In this document: positions 28,829-37,738 of the stretch, piece after piece
Layout of the letters: each line of letters starts with the position of its first letter
Numbering within the stretch: position 1 is the stretch's first letter
From: an uncultured bacterium
Lineage (GTDB): Bacteria; Oederibacteriota; JAJYGY01; DAIDJD01
DNA: 55,614 nucleotides
Assembly: GCA_964521965.1 (NCBI GenBank)
Contig: CAZFUM010000001.1
Span: 1-55,614, forward strand
Direction of reading: 5' to 3'
Notes under the pieces: generated by a model
Seen by the model: only the letters and a program-made list of their open reading frames with translations
Told to the model about the DNA's origin: nothing
Databases searched by the model: none
Position numbers and translations under genes: made by a program

Positions 28829-29656
28829 TTGAGTTACGAACAGCATTTTGGTTTGGTCGAACAACCCTTTTCTAATGCAGCGGACAGTCGTTTTTATTTT
28901 CAGAGTGAGCAGCATCAAGAGGCGATGATCCGCATCCAGCATTCCATCGATACCATGAAAGGTCTGACGGTGGTCATCGGCGGCAGCGGCGCTGGCAAAA
29001 CTCTCTTGGCGCGGCGCGTGCTTGAAAAACTCGAAGAAGACGACAAGCAAAACGAAGCCGCACTACTCGTCATTGTGCATTCTGAAATATCCGCTGAGTG
29101 GCTATTACGCAAAATCGCCTTGCAACTGGGCATTGATCAACCCGCTGAGAAAAAAGCTGATTTGCTACCCCAGCTCTTTGAGCGTTTGATGGCCATTTAC
29201 GAGGCTGGACGTCGGGCTGTTGTGATTATTGATGAAGCCAACATGCTTAAATCAAAAGAAATCTTTGAAGAGTTTAGGGGTTTATCAAATCTCGAAGTGC
29301 CGGGCCGCAAACTCATCTCAATTGTTCTATTTGGTTTGCCTGACCTTGAACTCAATATGTCTGTCGACCCACCCTTAGTGCAACGAGTGGCGGTTAAAGT
29401 GCAGCTCAAGCCACTCACTCCGCAGGGAACTGGCGCTTATATTCAGCATCGCATGCGTGTGGCTGGTACCCAACGCGAAATTTTTTCGCCGGACGGTATC
29501 GCGGCCATTCACAAAGCCAGCCAAGGCGTGCCGCGCCTTATCAATACACTTTGCGACAATGCCTTACTTGAGGCCTTTTTGGTAAAGAGGGAGCAGGTGA
29601 GTGACGCCCTGGTCCGCGACGTCGCCAAAGATCTCGGCCTCACCTTAGGAGTCTGA
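28829..29656 (+). CDS. ExeA/GspA/MshM-like AAA+ ATPase (cytoplasmic domain only)
   Basis: TTG start. The N-terminus YEQHFGLVEQPFSNAADSRFYFQSEQHQEA is typical of ExeA-family proteins. Walker A GGSGAGKT and Walker B VVIIDEAN. No TM segment or peptidoglycan-binding domain. Confidence 0.8.
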   Translation: MSYEQHFGLVEQPFSNAADSRFYFQSEQHQEAMIRIQHSIDTMKGLTVVIGGSGAGKTLLARRVLEKLEEDDKQNEAALLVIVHSEISAEWLLRKIALQLGIDQPAEKKADLLPQLFERLMAIYEAGRRAVVIIDEANMLKSKEIFEEFRGLSNLEVPGRKLISIVLFGLPDLELNMSVDPPLVQRVAVKVQLKPLTPQGTGAYIQHRMRVAGTQREIFSPDGIAAIHKASQGVPRLINTLCDNALLEAFLVKREQVSDALVRDVAKDLGLTLGV

Positions 29657-29657
29657 C

Positions 29658-30608
29658 GTGAACCGCACTGGACTTTGGCATAAACTATTAGCATTAGCGC
29701 TTGTGCTTGTAGCTGCCTCTTGGGTGCTGGGCGACAAACCACAGGGCTTGCGACAACGCTTGCCTTTGGGCCGGTCTCGAATTGCCGTGGTACCGCTTTA
29801 CGGCGAGATCGTTGATCCCGGTCCCGTGACTCGCTTACTACGCCGCTACCGCGATGACATCTCAGGCGTGAAAGCCATTGTGCTCGCTATTGATAGTCCA
29901 GGTGGCGACGTTGCTTCATCGCAAGAAATCAGCGATACCATTCGCGAAATTCAGAATGACGGCATTCCCGTGGTGGCGGCTCTAGGTTCAGTTGCGGCTT
30001 CGGGTGGCTATTATGTCGCCGCGCCTGCGCGCCGAGTAGTCGCCAACGCAGGTACTCTCACGGGTAGCATTGGCGTGATCTTTGAGGCGCCCTACTATGG
30101 TGGTCTTTTTCAAAAAGTAGGTGTGGATCTCCAAATCGTCAAATCGGGTGAATTCAAAGATATGGGCAATCCAACTCGCCGTATGGGCGACGCAGAACGC
30201 CGACGCTTTCAAGAAGTCATTGATGATGTCTATGATCAGTTCTTGCACGAAATCCTCTCAGGCCGCAAAGAGGCACTGACACAACTCTTGGCCGAAAAAC
30301 GCGGGGTCAAAGCTGCTCGCATTGATGAAGCTCAGCTGCTAGCCTACCTGCGTACTTTTGCTGATGGCCGCGTTTTTTCAGGTCGTCAGGCTTTGGCCTA
30401 TGGTTTGGTCGATGAGCTTGGTGGTTTGAGTCAAGCTATCCGTGTCGCGGCTGAGCTGGCTCAAGTCGAAGATTACGATGTCATCACGCACCGTCCCGCT
30501 CGCAGCTTCAGCGAATGGATAACGGGCATGAGCAAGACTGAACTCAAAGGCGAACTAAAAGAAGCCTTTGGTGTCAAAGCCCGTCGCTTTGGATTCTTTG
30601 CCTGGTAG
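29658..30608 (+). CDS. sppA: Signal peptide peptidase SppA, 36K type (S49 family)
   Basis: GTG start with an AGGAG SD, 1 nt after the upstream stop. N-terminal TM anchor. IDSPGG, and the catalytic-Ser region GSVAASGGYYVA. Confidence 0.9.
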   Translation: MNRTGLWHKLLALALVLVAASWVLGDKPQGLRQRLPLGRSRIAVVPLYGEIVDPGPVTRLLRRYRDDISGVKAIVLAIDSPGGDVASSQEISDTIREIQNDGIPVVAALGSVAASGGYYVAAPARRVVANAGTLTGSIGVIFEAPYYGGLFQKVGVDLQIVKSGEFKDMGNPTRRMGDAERRRFQEVIDDVYDQFLHEILSGRKEALTQLLAEKRGVKAARIDEAQLLAYLRTFADGRVFSGRQALAYGLVDELGGLSQAIRVAAELAQVEDYDVITHRPARSFSEWITGMSKTELKGELKEAFGVKARRFGFFAW

Positions 30609-30628
30609 ACACACGAGGAGGTAAGACT

Positions 30629-32881
30629 ATGGCCGAAGACATCGGTCAAAATCCCGAAGAAACACAGAGCCCTGCCATCGACGAACGCGCAATCACCCGC
30701 GGCGCCAACTCCAGTTCAGATGCGTCTCGCAAGAAATCTGCGTGGATGGGTGGAGGCGTTTGGCTGATCCTTGGTTTGATATTTATGGCGCTCAGCTTGA
30801 TGGGGATTTTCACCTATGCTTCAGGTTCAAGCCTGCCATGGATCTTAGGTGCGGGCTTGCTGGGTTGGGGACTCTTAGATCTCGCCAATAGCGCACGTGG
30901 CATGAATGACTGGAAGTCAAAAGGGGCGAAAGCCCGCAATCTTCTGAATTTAGCTCGCGGACTCTTCCTAGCTGGATTAGGCGGCTTTTTACTCGTCCGA
31001 ACTTTAACTCACGCTCTCCCTTTGGCTTCCAATTCATTACTACTTCTAGGCGTGGGCTTTATGGTTCTATACTTGGTCGTAGCCTATGTCGTTGAACTTA
31101 CGACCGAATCACGCGACGTACTGCCTCATGCCATGCTACTTTCCGCCCTGGCTCTTCAATTTCTTGCCTTTGTTTACCTTAGTGTGCCCTTCACATTAAC
31201 CTGGGCCTCAGTCTTCGGCTTTACCTCACTACTCTTTGCTACACTTGCCATTTTGCGAGGCGCTCTTAAAGCTAACCCTTCAGTCGCGGGCAGCGTTGCT
31301 TTGGCGACGATCGGCCTAGCACTACCACTAGTACTATTTCTGCTTCATTCTATCTGGGGCCGTGCGCTTCAGCCGGTGCAACAAGAAACACTTTTTGTCC
31401 CCCGTTTTCAAGAACTGCATGGACCCGTTAGTCGCCAAGCCCACGGCTTAGCGTGGTCGCCCGTGCATTCTCAGGCCAGTGTACCTGGCCTTATCGCTTA
31501 TTCCGACAAGTTGGCCTATCTAGATCGCCAAGCTAAAACCGGAAACCAGGTACTAAATATCTATGTCCAAAACGAAAGGAAGCCTTACACCTTGAACTAT
31601 GCCGTAAGTTCTAGCGCTCAAGCGGCATGGTGGGCGCCGGATGCACGCCAAGTCTTGGTCACATCGCTGCAAGGCAAGCCCGTCAAAGGGGAACTCAGTA
31701 TCTATAATTGGGTCGACCCTACTGACAGCAGTACAGCAGTGACCCGTTCCGCCACGCTTAAAGCTGACGTGATGCAGCAACGCGCCCATGGCCAAATTTG
31801 GACACCCAAGAGTGATGCTTTCTACTATGCCGCACCCTCTTCGGCAATGAAGCAAAAAAGGGTCAAGCTGGCTATGAGTAGTCCTGATTTTTCTAAAAAA
31901 CCAAAAATATTGGCAGGCGGCCAATTTCGTTTTCATCCGGCCCTCAACCAGCTTGGCGACACCTTGCTTTATGTTAGTCATGAAGAAAGTAAGCGTGTGC
32001 TCGAAATTGGGCAGGGCTCAGAGGGTGCCCATGTTCGGCAGTTCTCGTCAGACAGAGAAAAGCATCGCTTCCCAGCCTGGAACGCCAAACAAACTCATGT
32101 GCTCTTTTTTGACGCTGAGGGCACCTTTAAATTTATGAGTTCCAACGATCAAAATGATGCCCAACCCTTTGAAAACTATATGCTCAACAGTAAGATCTGG
32201 AAGACCCAGTCCAACAGCGAAATGTTTACCTTAGATGAAGTAGAAACCGGATCACGGGGTCGTATTTTTATATCGCGTCCCGATGGCCGCCGTGAAAAGT
32301 TAATATACGAGACGAACTGCTCAGAAATCTTCCCGCCGATTTGGTCAAACGACGGGCGACGCATTGCCATGATCATCCGCGATGGCCGACGCTATTCCAT
32401 ACTCACCATGAATTCCGATGGTTCTTGGCCCACACGCTTCTTCCTCACCCATGATCGCCTACGCCAATTGAGCTGGTGCCCTGATTCAGCCCACCTGGCG
32501 TACTTATGCGACCGTAACGAAGGCAAGCAGGAACTTTGGATAGCCGCTGCTGATGGAACCAGCCCAGAGCGACTGTATGAAAGTCATGGTCAATTAAGCA
32601 GTCTGAGTTGGTCACCCGAAGGCCAACACGTCGCAGTCGAAGAAAAAGATGCTTACACCTTGTTGGGTTTTCGCATTATTCGCCCCGATCTTTTTGGCAT
32701 CATGGTTGTTGATATCAAAGATCGCAAAGCCCGATCTCTCACAGCCGGCCGTCTTTTTGCGCGCCAGCCTGCCTTCTCGCCCCACGGCAGTATGATGGGC
32801 TTCTTCACTGACGGAGCGCGATGGTCGCTTAGCCTGAATGCAGACCGCGCAGCAGTTTTAGCTGTCTCGCAACTACGTTGA
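30629..32881 (+). CDS. Polytopic inner-membrane protein with a large C-terminal PD40/TolB-like beta-propeller region
   Basis: GAGGAGG SD. About 7 hydrophobic helices in the first ~250 aa. Then repeated PD40 signatures (WSNDGRRIAMI, WCPDSAHLAYL, WSPEGQHVAV, FSPHGSMMGF). Confidence 0.8.
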   Translation: MAEDIGQNPEETQSPAIDERAITRGANSSSDASRKKSAWMGGGVWLILGLIFMALSLMGIFTYASGSSLPWILGAGLLGWGLLDLANSARGMNDWKSKGAKARNLLNLARGLFLAGLGGFLLVRTLTHALPLASNSLLLLGVGFMVLYLVVAYVVELTTESRDVLPHAMLLSALALQFLAFVYLSVPFTLTWASVFGFTSLLFATLAILRGALKANPSVAGSVALATIGLALPLVLFLLHSIWGRALQPVQQETLFVPRFQELHGPVSRQAHGLAWSPVHSQASVPGLIAYSDKLAYLDRQAKTGNQVLNIYVQNERKPYTLNYAVSSSAQAAWWAPDARQVLVTSLQGKPVKGELSIYNWVDPTDSSTAVTRSATLKADVMQQRAHGQIWTPKSDAFYYAAPSSAMKQKRVKLAMSSPDFSKKPKILAGGQFRFHPALNQLGDTLLYVSHEESKRVLEIGQGSEGAHVRQFSSDREKHRFPAWNAKQTHVLFFDAEGTFKFMSSNDQNDAQPFENYMLNSKIWKTQSNSEMFTLDEVETGSRGRIFISRPDGRREKLIYETNCSEIFPPIWSNDGRRIAMIIRDGRRYSILTMNSDGSWPTRFFLTHDRLRQLSWCPDSAHLAYLCDRNEGKQELWIAAADGTSPERLYESHGQLSSLSWSPEGQHVAVEEKDAYTLLGFRIIRPDLFGIMVVDIKDRKARSLTAGRLFARQPAFSPHGSMMGFFTDGARWSLSLNADRAAVLAVSQLR

Positions 32882-32903
32882 TTTAGACCCAAGGAACTGT
32901 GCC

Positions 32904-35870
32904 ATGGCAGGCTTTGTTCGTGTCCTCATTCTGCTTTTGGCATTTGCAAACGCCGGCCCGCTGCATGCCTACAACAAGCAGCGGGCCAAAAAATTTGAAT
33001 GGAAAGTACTCAGTACCCCTCATTTTGAAATTTATTTTTATCCCGAAGAAGAAGAACTAGCGCGCCGAGCCGCAATCATTGCCGAAAAAGGCTATCTCAA
33101 TAATTCACGTTTGCTAGACTATTTCGCCAAAGAGAAAATTCCGCTCTTCCTCTATCAAAGCCACCTCGAATTTCAACAAACCAATATCTCGAGAGAAGTC
33201 ATAGGTCCTGGGACAGGTGGTTTCACCGAAGGTTTCAAGAACCGCATGGTGCTGCCGACCATGGGCTCTGAAAAATGGCTCGAAGTAGTTATTGTCCATG
33301 AGTTGGCCCACGCCACCCAGTTCAACATCCTCTATGGCGAAGGTTCGCGGTCCTGGCAGGTTCTCCGCAACTACGTCATCCCACTTTGGGTCATGGAGGG
33401 CATGGCTGAATATTGCGCCCACAATTGGGATAGCTATTCTGACATGGTCATGCGCGATGCTGTACTCAATGACCGCATACCTGACCTCGATATGATGGAC
33501 GGTTTCAGCCATTTGGATGAAGTTTACGTAGCCTATAAGGCGGGCCAAACCGCCATTCAGTTTCTCTCTGACACCCAGGGCCCCGCTGCCGTTGCGAGCT
33601 TAATGAAAAAATTTAAGGCGCAAATCTCTGTTGGTCAGGTCATTCGCGACGTCACCGGAAAATCCTACGGCCAATTTAATCGTGAATGGAAAGCCTCGCT
33701 TCGTCAAAAATATTGGAGCGCACTAGGAGAGAAAAAGGCCGCTGGCGCCTATGCTAAGCCCCTCACTCATGATGATTCAAGCCGCTTTACGCACAGTAAT
33801 GGCGCCACTTGGTCGCCCGATGGTCGCCACCTGGCCTATGTCACAACACTAAGAGGGCGCGAAGAAATTTGGGTCATGGATGCAGATGGCAAGAACGCTA
33901 AGCCTCTCTTCACAGGACCTTTTGAAGAGATTGGACGTTCAGGCGGCTATGGCGTGTCGGGCCAGCGCCTCAGTTGGACCAACCGCGGCAATCAGATTGC
34001 CTTTATTCAGGCTCGAGCCGGTCGCAAACGCCTGACGCTAGGATCGACATCGAATGGCAAGCTTCGCGAGCTAGAACTTCCTTTTGACGAAATGAGCTCG
34101 CCACGTTTTAGCCCCGATGGCAGACAGATCGCTTTGGCCGTTTATCAAGGTGGCCGTTCAAGGCTCATGACGGTTGAGGTCGACAGCGCCTTGTGCCGTG
34201 AAATCTACAGCGACCCAAGCTTATCGATGATTGCCGATCCAGCTTGGTCGCCCATGGGCGATCGCCTGCTTTTCAGTGCTGAACAAAATCGTAGCAACCA
34301 AATTTTTGAAGTGAGTAGCCAAGGCGGAACGGCAAAACGCATTAGCTCAGGCCAAAACGATGCCATCATGCCTGCCTACCTCGACAAGGGCGAGAAAGTG
34401 CTCTTCAGCAGTGATGCCGGGGGAGCTTATGACCTCTACACCATGGACCGAACGGGTGGCCAGCTGCTTCAGCACACAAAGCTCGTGACAGGTTTCTTTC
34501 AAGCCGAGCCGAGTCCCAATGGCTCAAAATTACTTTGCGTAGCTTATGAAGATGGCTGTCAAAACATCTATGTCATGGATGCCCCGGGCTATCTGCGTGA
34601 GCCACCCAGCGCAGGGCTACGCCTATTATCTAATCCCTACCTGGCCGTGGCGCGTCTGCTAACAGCCACAGCCCACGAGTCAGGCGTGGGGCTACCCGGA
34701 GACGCGGCTCTTGAAGGCATGAGCCCAGACTTAGATGCGGCGATGGCATTGCCTAAAACACCACTCGCAGGGCACTATCTTGACGGTGACGCCCTTGCCG
34801 TAACCTTAACAGCTCAAGATATAAGCACACGGCCCTATCGCCTTAAAATTACACCCGATATTTTCTTTATGGTATTGGCGTTTGACAATTTCAGCGGCCT
34901 AGTGGGCGGTGGCTATTTTACTGCCAGTGATATGCTGGGCGACCATAATTTTAATATCTTTGCCAATTTCGTGCCGGGCTATCAGTCTGTTTTTCAGACT
35001 GACTATGTTTGGTTCAAAGGACCGTTCACTTATTCTGTGGCTGCGTTCTATCGCAATACCAATTATTTCTTAACAGGTATTAACCCCCAGCAAGTCGCTT
35101 CAACTTTCTTAGACCAAGATTGGGGCGCTGCATTGACAGCCTCTTATCCCCTCAGCGCATTCACCCGACTCGAAACTTCATTGGGCTCGCGATATCTACT
35201 ACGCGCAGCCAATGGCGCCGGCTTTGTCGATCCTGTGCTACGCTCAACGCTAGGCGAGTCTCTCATTAATTCTGTCAGCCTAAACTTGGTGCATGACACC
35301 CACACCTTTCAAGACTACCAGCCTTATCGCGGCCAATTGCTTCGCTTGACCACCAGCTATGCTGATAAATTCTTGGGGGCAACCCGTAATTTTGCTTTGC
35401 ACCAAGCCGAGTACCGTTTCGCTCTACCACTGACTTTTTTGAGCCGCGATACGGTCTTTAGCGCAAGGGCCTTGGCTTTAGGTCAAAGCGGCTCAGATCG
35501 CCACCTCTTCTATTTTGGTGGGGCACAAGTACGCGGCCTTAGCTATAACGAGGAACTAGCCGAACATCTTGGTATGATCAACATTCAGATCCGCCAACCC
35601 TACCTTAAAAATATAAATGGAAGCCTTTGGCCCTTAGATTATCTTTTGATTAAAGACGCTCAATTAGTCTTCTATTACGACTTTGGCTTGGCTCTGCGCG
35701 ATGGGCAGTCCTTACTTTGGAGCGATGTAAGGGCGGGTTACGGCGGTGGCATACGCCTTCACACCTTTATGTTTGAAAAAGTACTCTTAGTATTCAGCTT
35801 TGATATCGCTCAACGCACCGACCGTTACGGAACAACCTACTATTACTTCAATTTAGGGCAGATATTTTGA
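32904..35870 (+). CDS. Secreted multidomain protein: HExxH metallopeptidase-like domain + PD40/TolB-like propeller(s) + C-terminal Omp85/surface-antigen-type beta-barrel
   Basis: Signal peptide MAGFVRVLILLLAFANAGPLHA. VVIVHELAHATQF...MEGMAEY (peptidase MA-like). WSPDGRHLAYV, FSPDGRQIALA and WSPMGDRLLFSA (PD40). LFYFGGAQVRGLSYNE, and a C-terminal ...YYFNLGQIF ending in Phe (OMP beta-signal). Confidence 0.8.
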   Translation: MAGFVRVLILLLAFANAGPLHAYNKQRAKKFEWKVLSTPHFEIYFYPEEEELARRAAIIAEKGYLNNSRLLDYFAKEKIPLFLYQSHLEFQQTNISREVIGPGTGGFTEGFKNRMVLPTMGSEKWLEVVIVHELAHATQFNILYGEGSRSWQVLRNYVIPLWVMEGMAEYCAHNWDSYSDMVMRDAVLNDRIPDLDMMDGFSHLDEVYVAYKAGQTAIQFLSDTQGPAAVASLMKKFKAQISVGQVIRDVTGKSYGQFNREWKASLRQKYWSALGEKKAAGAYAKPLTHDDSSRFTHSNGATWSPDGRHLAYVTTLRGREEIWVMDADGKNAKPLFTGPFEEIGRSGGYGVSGQRLSWTNRGNQIAFIQARAGRKRLTLGSTSNGKLRELELPFDEMSSPRFSPDGRQIALAVYQGGRSRLMTVEVDSALCREIYSDPSLSMIADPAWSPMGDRLLFSAEQNRSNQIFEVSSQGGTAKRISSGQNDAIMPAYLDKGEKVLFSSDAGGAYDLYTMDRTGGQLLQHTKLVTGFFQAEPSPNGSKLLCVAYEDGCQNIYVMDAPGYLREPPSAGLRLLSNPYLAVARLLTATAHESGVGLPGDAALEGMSPDLDAAMALPKTPLAGHYLDGDALAVTLTAQDISTRPYRLKITPDIFFMVLAFDNFSGLVGGGYFTASDMLGDHNFNIFANFVPGYQSVFQTDYVWFKGPFTYSVAAFYRNTNYFLTGINPQQVASTFLDQDWGAALTASYPLSAFTRLETSLGSRYLLRAANGAGFVDPVLRSTLGESLINSVSLNLVHDTHTFQDYQPYRGQLLRLTTSYADKFLGATRNFALHQAEYRFALPLTFLSRDTVFSARALALGQSGSDRHLFYFGGAQVRGLSYNEELAEHLGMINIQIRQPYLKNINGSLWPLDYLLIKDAQLVFYYDFGLALRDGQSLLWSDVRAGYGGGIRLHTFMFEKVLLVFSFDIAQRTDRYGTTYYYFNLGQIF

Positions 35871-35900
35871 ACGTTTTATAAGCCGCAATAGTATAAAAGC

Positions 35901-35927
35901 TTGACACCCTTAGGGGTGTCTTATAAT
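35901..35927 (+). promoter_or_regulatory. Candidate strong sigma70 promoter of the yceD-rpmF-plsX-fab operon, with a palindrome in the spacer
   Basis: Perfect TTGACA (35901-35906) and TATAAT (35922-35927) separated by 15 nt. The 7-bp inverted repeat gacaccc-ttag-gggtgtc overlaps the -35 element and spacer. Confidence 0.5.
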
Positions 35928-35961
35928 GTTTCGTTCCCAAATGGGCTCTTTGGGAGCAACC

Positions 35962-36516
35962 GTGTATTCGGTCAAATTGAATCTCGTACCAGAAACAGGG
36001 CTTTTCGAAGAAAAAGGCCTGAAACTGCGCCTGGATGAACTAGAACTCAGCGAACCCTTTGTTGAAGGCTCGTTGAGTTTTGATATGCAGTTAAGGCGGA
36101 TAGGTGACAAAGTCATGGGCAAGTTTGCAGCCCAGGGGCGCTATGATCTGACTTGTTCCCGTTGCTTGATTTCTCTCGAAGAAGGTTTTTCCACAGAATT
36201 TATTGTGGATTTCGAGCCTGAACCTAAAAGCACGGGCTCGCGTTCAGATTTGGATCCGGAAGATCCCGATCTGGCCGTTTCGTATTTCAAAAATGAGCTG
36301 CTGCCCCTAGGCGAAGAATTTCGCCAAGAGTTAGAGCTCTTAATACCTTGGGCTCCCCTTTGCAAGAAAGATTGCAAAGGTTTGTGCCTCCATTGTGGAT
36401 TGAACCTAAACGAACACGACTGCCCTGGCACGGTGGACGATCAAAAGCGTCCCTTTGCTAAACTCTCTCAACTCTTGCATCAGGCCATACCCCGAAAGCC
36501 ACCGAAAGGAAAATAG
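35962..36516 (+). CDS. yceD: YceD/DUF177 family protein (23S rRNA accumulation protein)
   Basis: GTG 35962 has a GGGAG SD 5 nt upstream. The track start ATG 35926 lies inside the -10 box. Paired Cys motifs CSRCL ... CKKDCKGLCLHCGLNLN. Its position before rpmF-plsX is conserved. Confidence 0.8.
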   Translation: MYSVKLNLVPETGLFEEKGLKLRLDELELSEPFVEGSLSFDMQLRRIGDKVMGKFAAQGRYDLTCSRCLISLEEGFSTEFIVDFEPEPKSTGSRSDLDPEDPDLAVSYFKNELLPLGEEFRQELELLIPWAPLCKKDCKGLCLHCGLNLNEHDCPGTVDDQKRPFAKLSQLLHQAIPRKPPKGK

Positions 36517-36521
36517 ATCTC

Positions 36522-36710
36522 ATGCCTAACCCAAAACGACGTCATTCGAAACAGCGCCGCAATACTCGCCGCGCCCAATGGGAACGCCGCATCCAACCTC
36601 TCGGCCTGGGTAGCTGTTCGCAATGCCGCCAGCCCAAGTTGCCTCATCGCGTATGCCCCAATTGCGGGTATTATGACGGCCGCGAAATCATCGCCGCCGA
36701 AGAGGCCTGA
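36522..36710 (+). CDS. rpmF: 50S ribosomal protein L32 (Zn-ribbon, four-Cys form)
   Basis: MPNPKRRHSKQRRNTRRAQW...CSQCRQPKLPHRVCPNCGYYDGRE. Confidence 0.95.
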   Translation: MPNPKRRHSKQRRNTRRAQWERRIQPLGLGSCSQCRQPKLPHRVCPNCGYYDGREIIAAEEA

Positions 36711-36718
36711 ACTTAAGC

Positions 36719-37738
36719 ATGTCCCAGCAAGTCCGGGTCGCGGTTGACGCCATGACTTCTGAGAAGGGCGTGCTGCAAGCTGTCTTGGGGGCTCAACTGG
36801 CACTGCAAGAGTTCGCCGACCTTAAGGTGATACTTGTCGGTGATCCAACCCAACTCGAACCCCTGGTTCATGCCCAACGTTTCGGCGATCGGCTTGAAAT
36901 AGTACCCTCCCGAGAAACGATTGGCATGGAAGACGAGCCGGGAGCAGCTTTCAAAGCTAAGAAAGATGCTTCGGTATCTGTAGCCAATAGACTAGTTGCT
37001 GAGGGCAAAGCAGACGCCGTTATGTCGCCCGGTAACACAGGTGCCAGCTTGACTGCCTCTACATTAATACTTGGACGTGTGAAAGGCGTACGCCGCCCTG
37101 CTATCATGACCCTTCTACCTTCGAGCCACGGCAGTACGGCATTACTTGATTCAGGTGCCGTGGTGGATTGCCGCCCCGAAGACCTGCTGCAGTGGGGCCT
37201 CATGGGCTCCATTTATATGAAGGAAGTACGGGGCATTCAACAACCCCGGGTCGGTTTGCTCTCAATTGGCGAGGAAGATCATAAGGGCAACGCCCTCACT
37301 AAAGAATCACTGCCCCTTCTCAAGCAAACCAACCTTAATTTTATCGGCAATATTGAAGGGCGCGACCTCTTTAACGGCCATTGTGATGTGGCGGTCTGCG
37401 ACGGATTTGTTGGAAATGTCGTGCTTAAGACAGCGGAGGGCCTGGCAAAAATGGTCCTTAACGGCCTCAAAGAATCTTTTTTAAAAAGCAATTTTCTGGT
37501 CAAGATTGGGGGCTTTTTATCAAAGCCTGCCTTCCATTCTTTTCGCAAACGAGTCAGTGCTGACGATGCCGGTGGAGCCGTGCTGCTGGGTGTTAACGGC
37601 GTCAGCGTGATCGCACATGGTGCAGCTAATAAAATCATGATTAAAAACGCCATTCGCGTAGCGCATGAATGTGTGCGCCTAGGCGTCATTGGCAAAATTA
37701 AAATTGCATTAGAAAACAGCCCTGAGGTTGTCGCTTGA
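36719..37738 (+). CDS. plsX: Phosphate acyltransferase PlsX
   Basis: VAVDAMTSEKG, SPGNTGA, LLSIGEE, and GFVGNVVLKTAEG motifs. Confidence 0.95.
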   Translation: MSQQVRVAVDAMTSEKGVLQAVLGAQLALQEFADLKVILVGDPTQLEPLVHAQRFGDRLEIVPSRETIGMEDEPGAAFKAKKDASVSVANRLVAEGKADAVMSPGNTGASLTASTLILGRVKGVRRPAIMTLLPSSHGSTALLDSGAVVDCRPEDLLQWGLMGSIYMKEVRGIQQPRVGLLSIGEEDHKGNALTKESLPLLKQTNLNFIGNIEGRDLFNGHCDVAVCDGFVGNVVLKTAEGLAKMVLNGLKESFLKSNFLVKIGGFLSKPAFHSFRKRVSADDAGGAVLLGVNGVSVIAHGAANKIMIKNAIRVAHECVRLGVIGKIKIALENSPEVVA

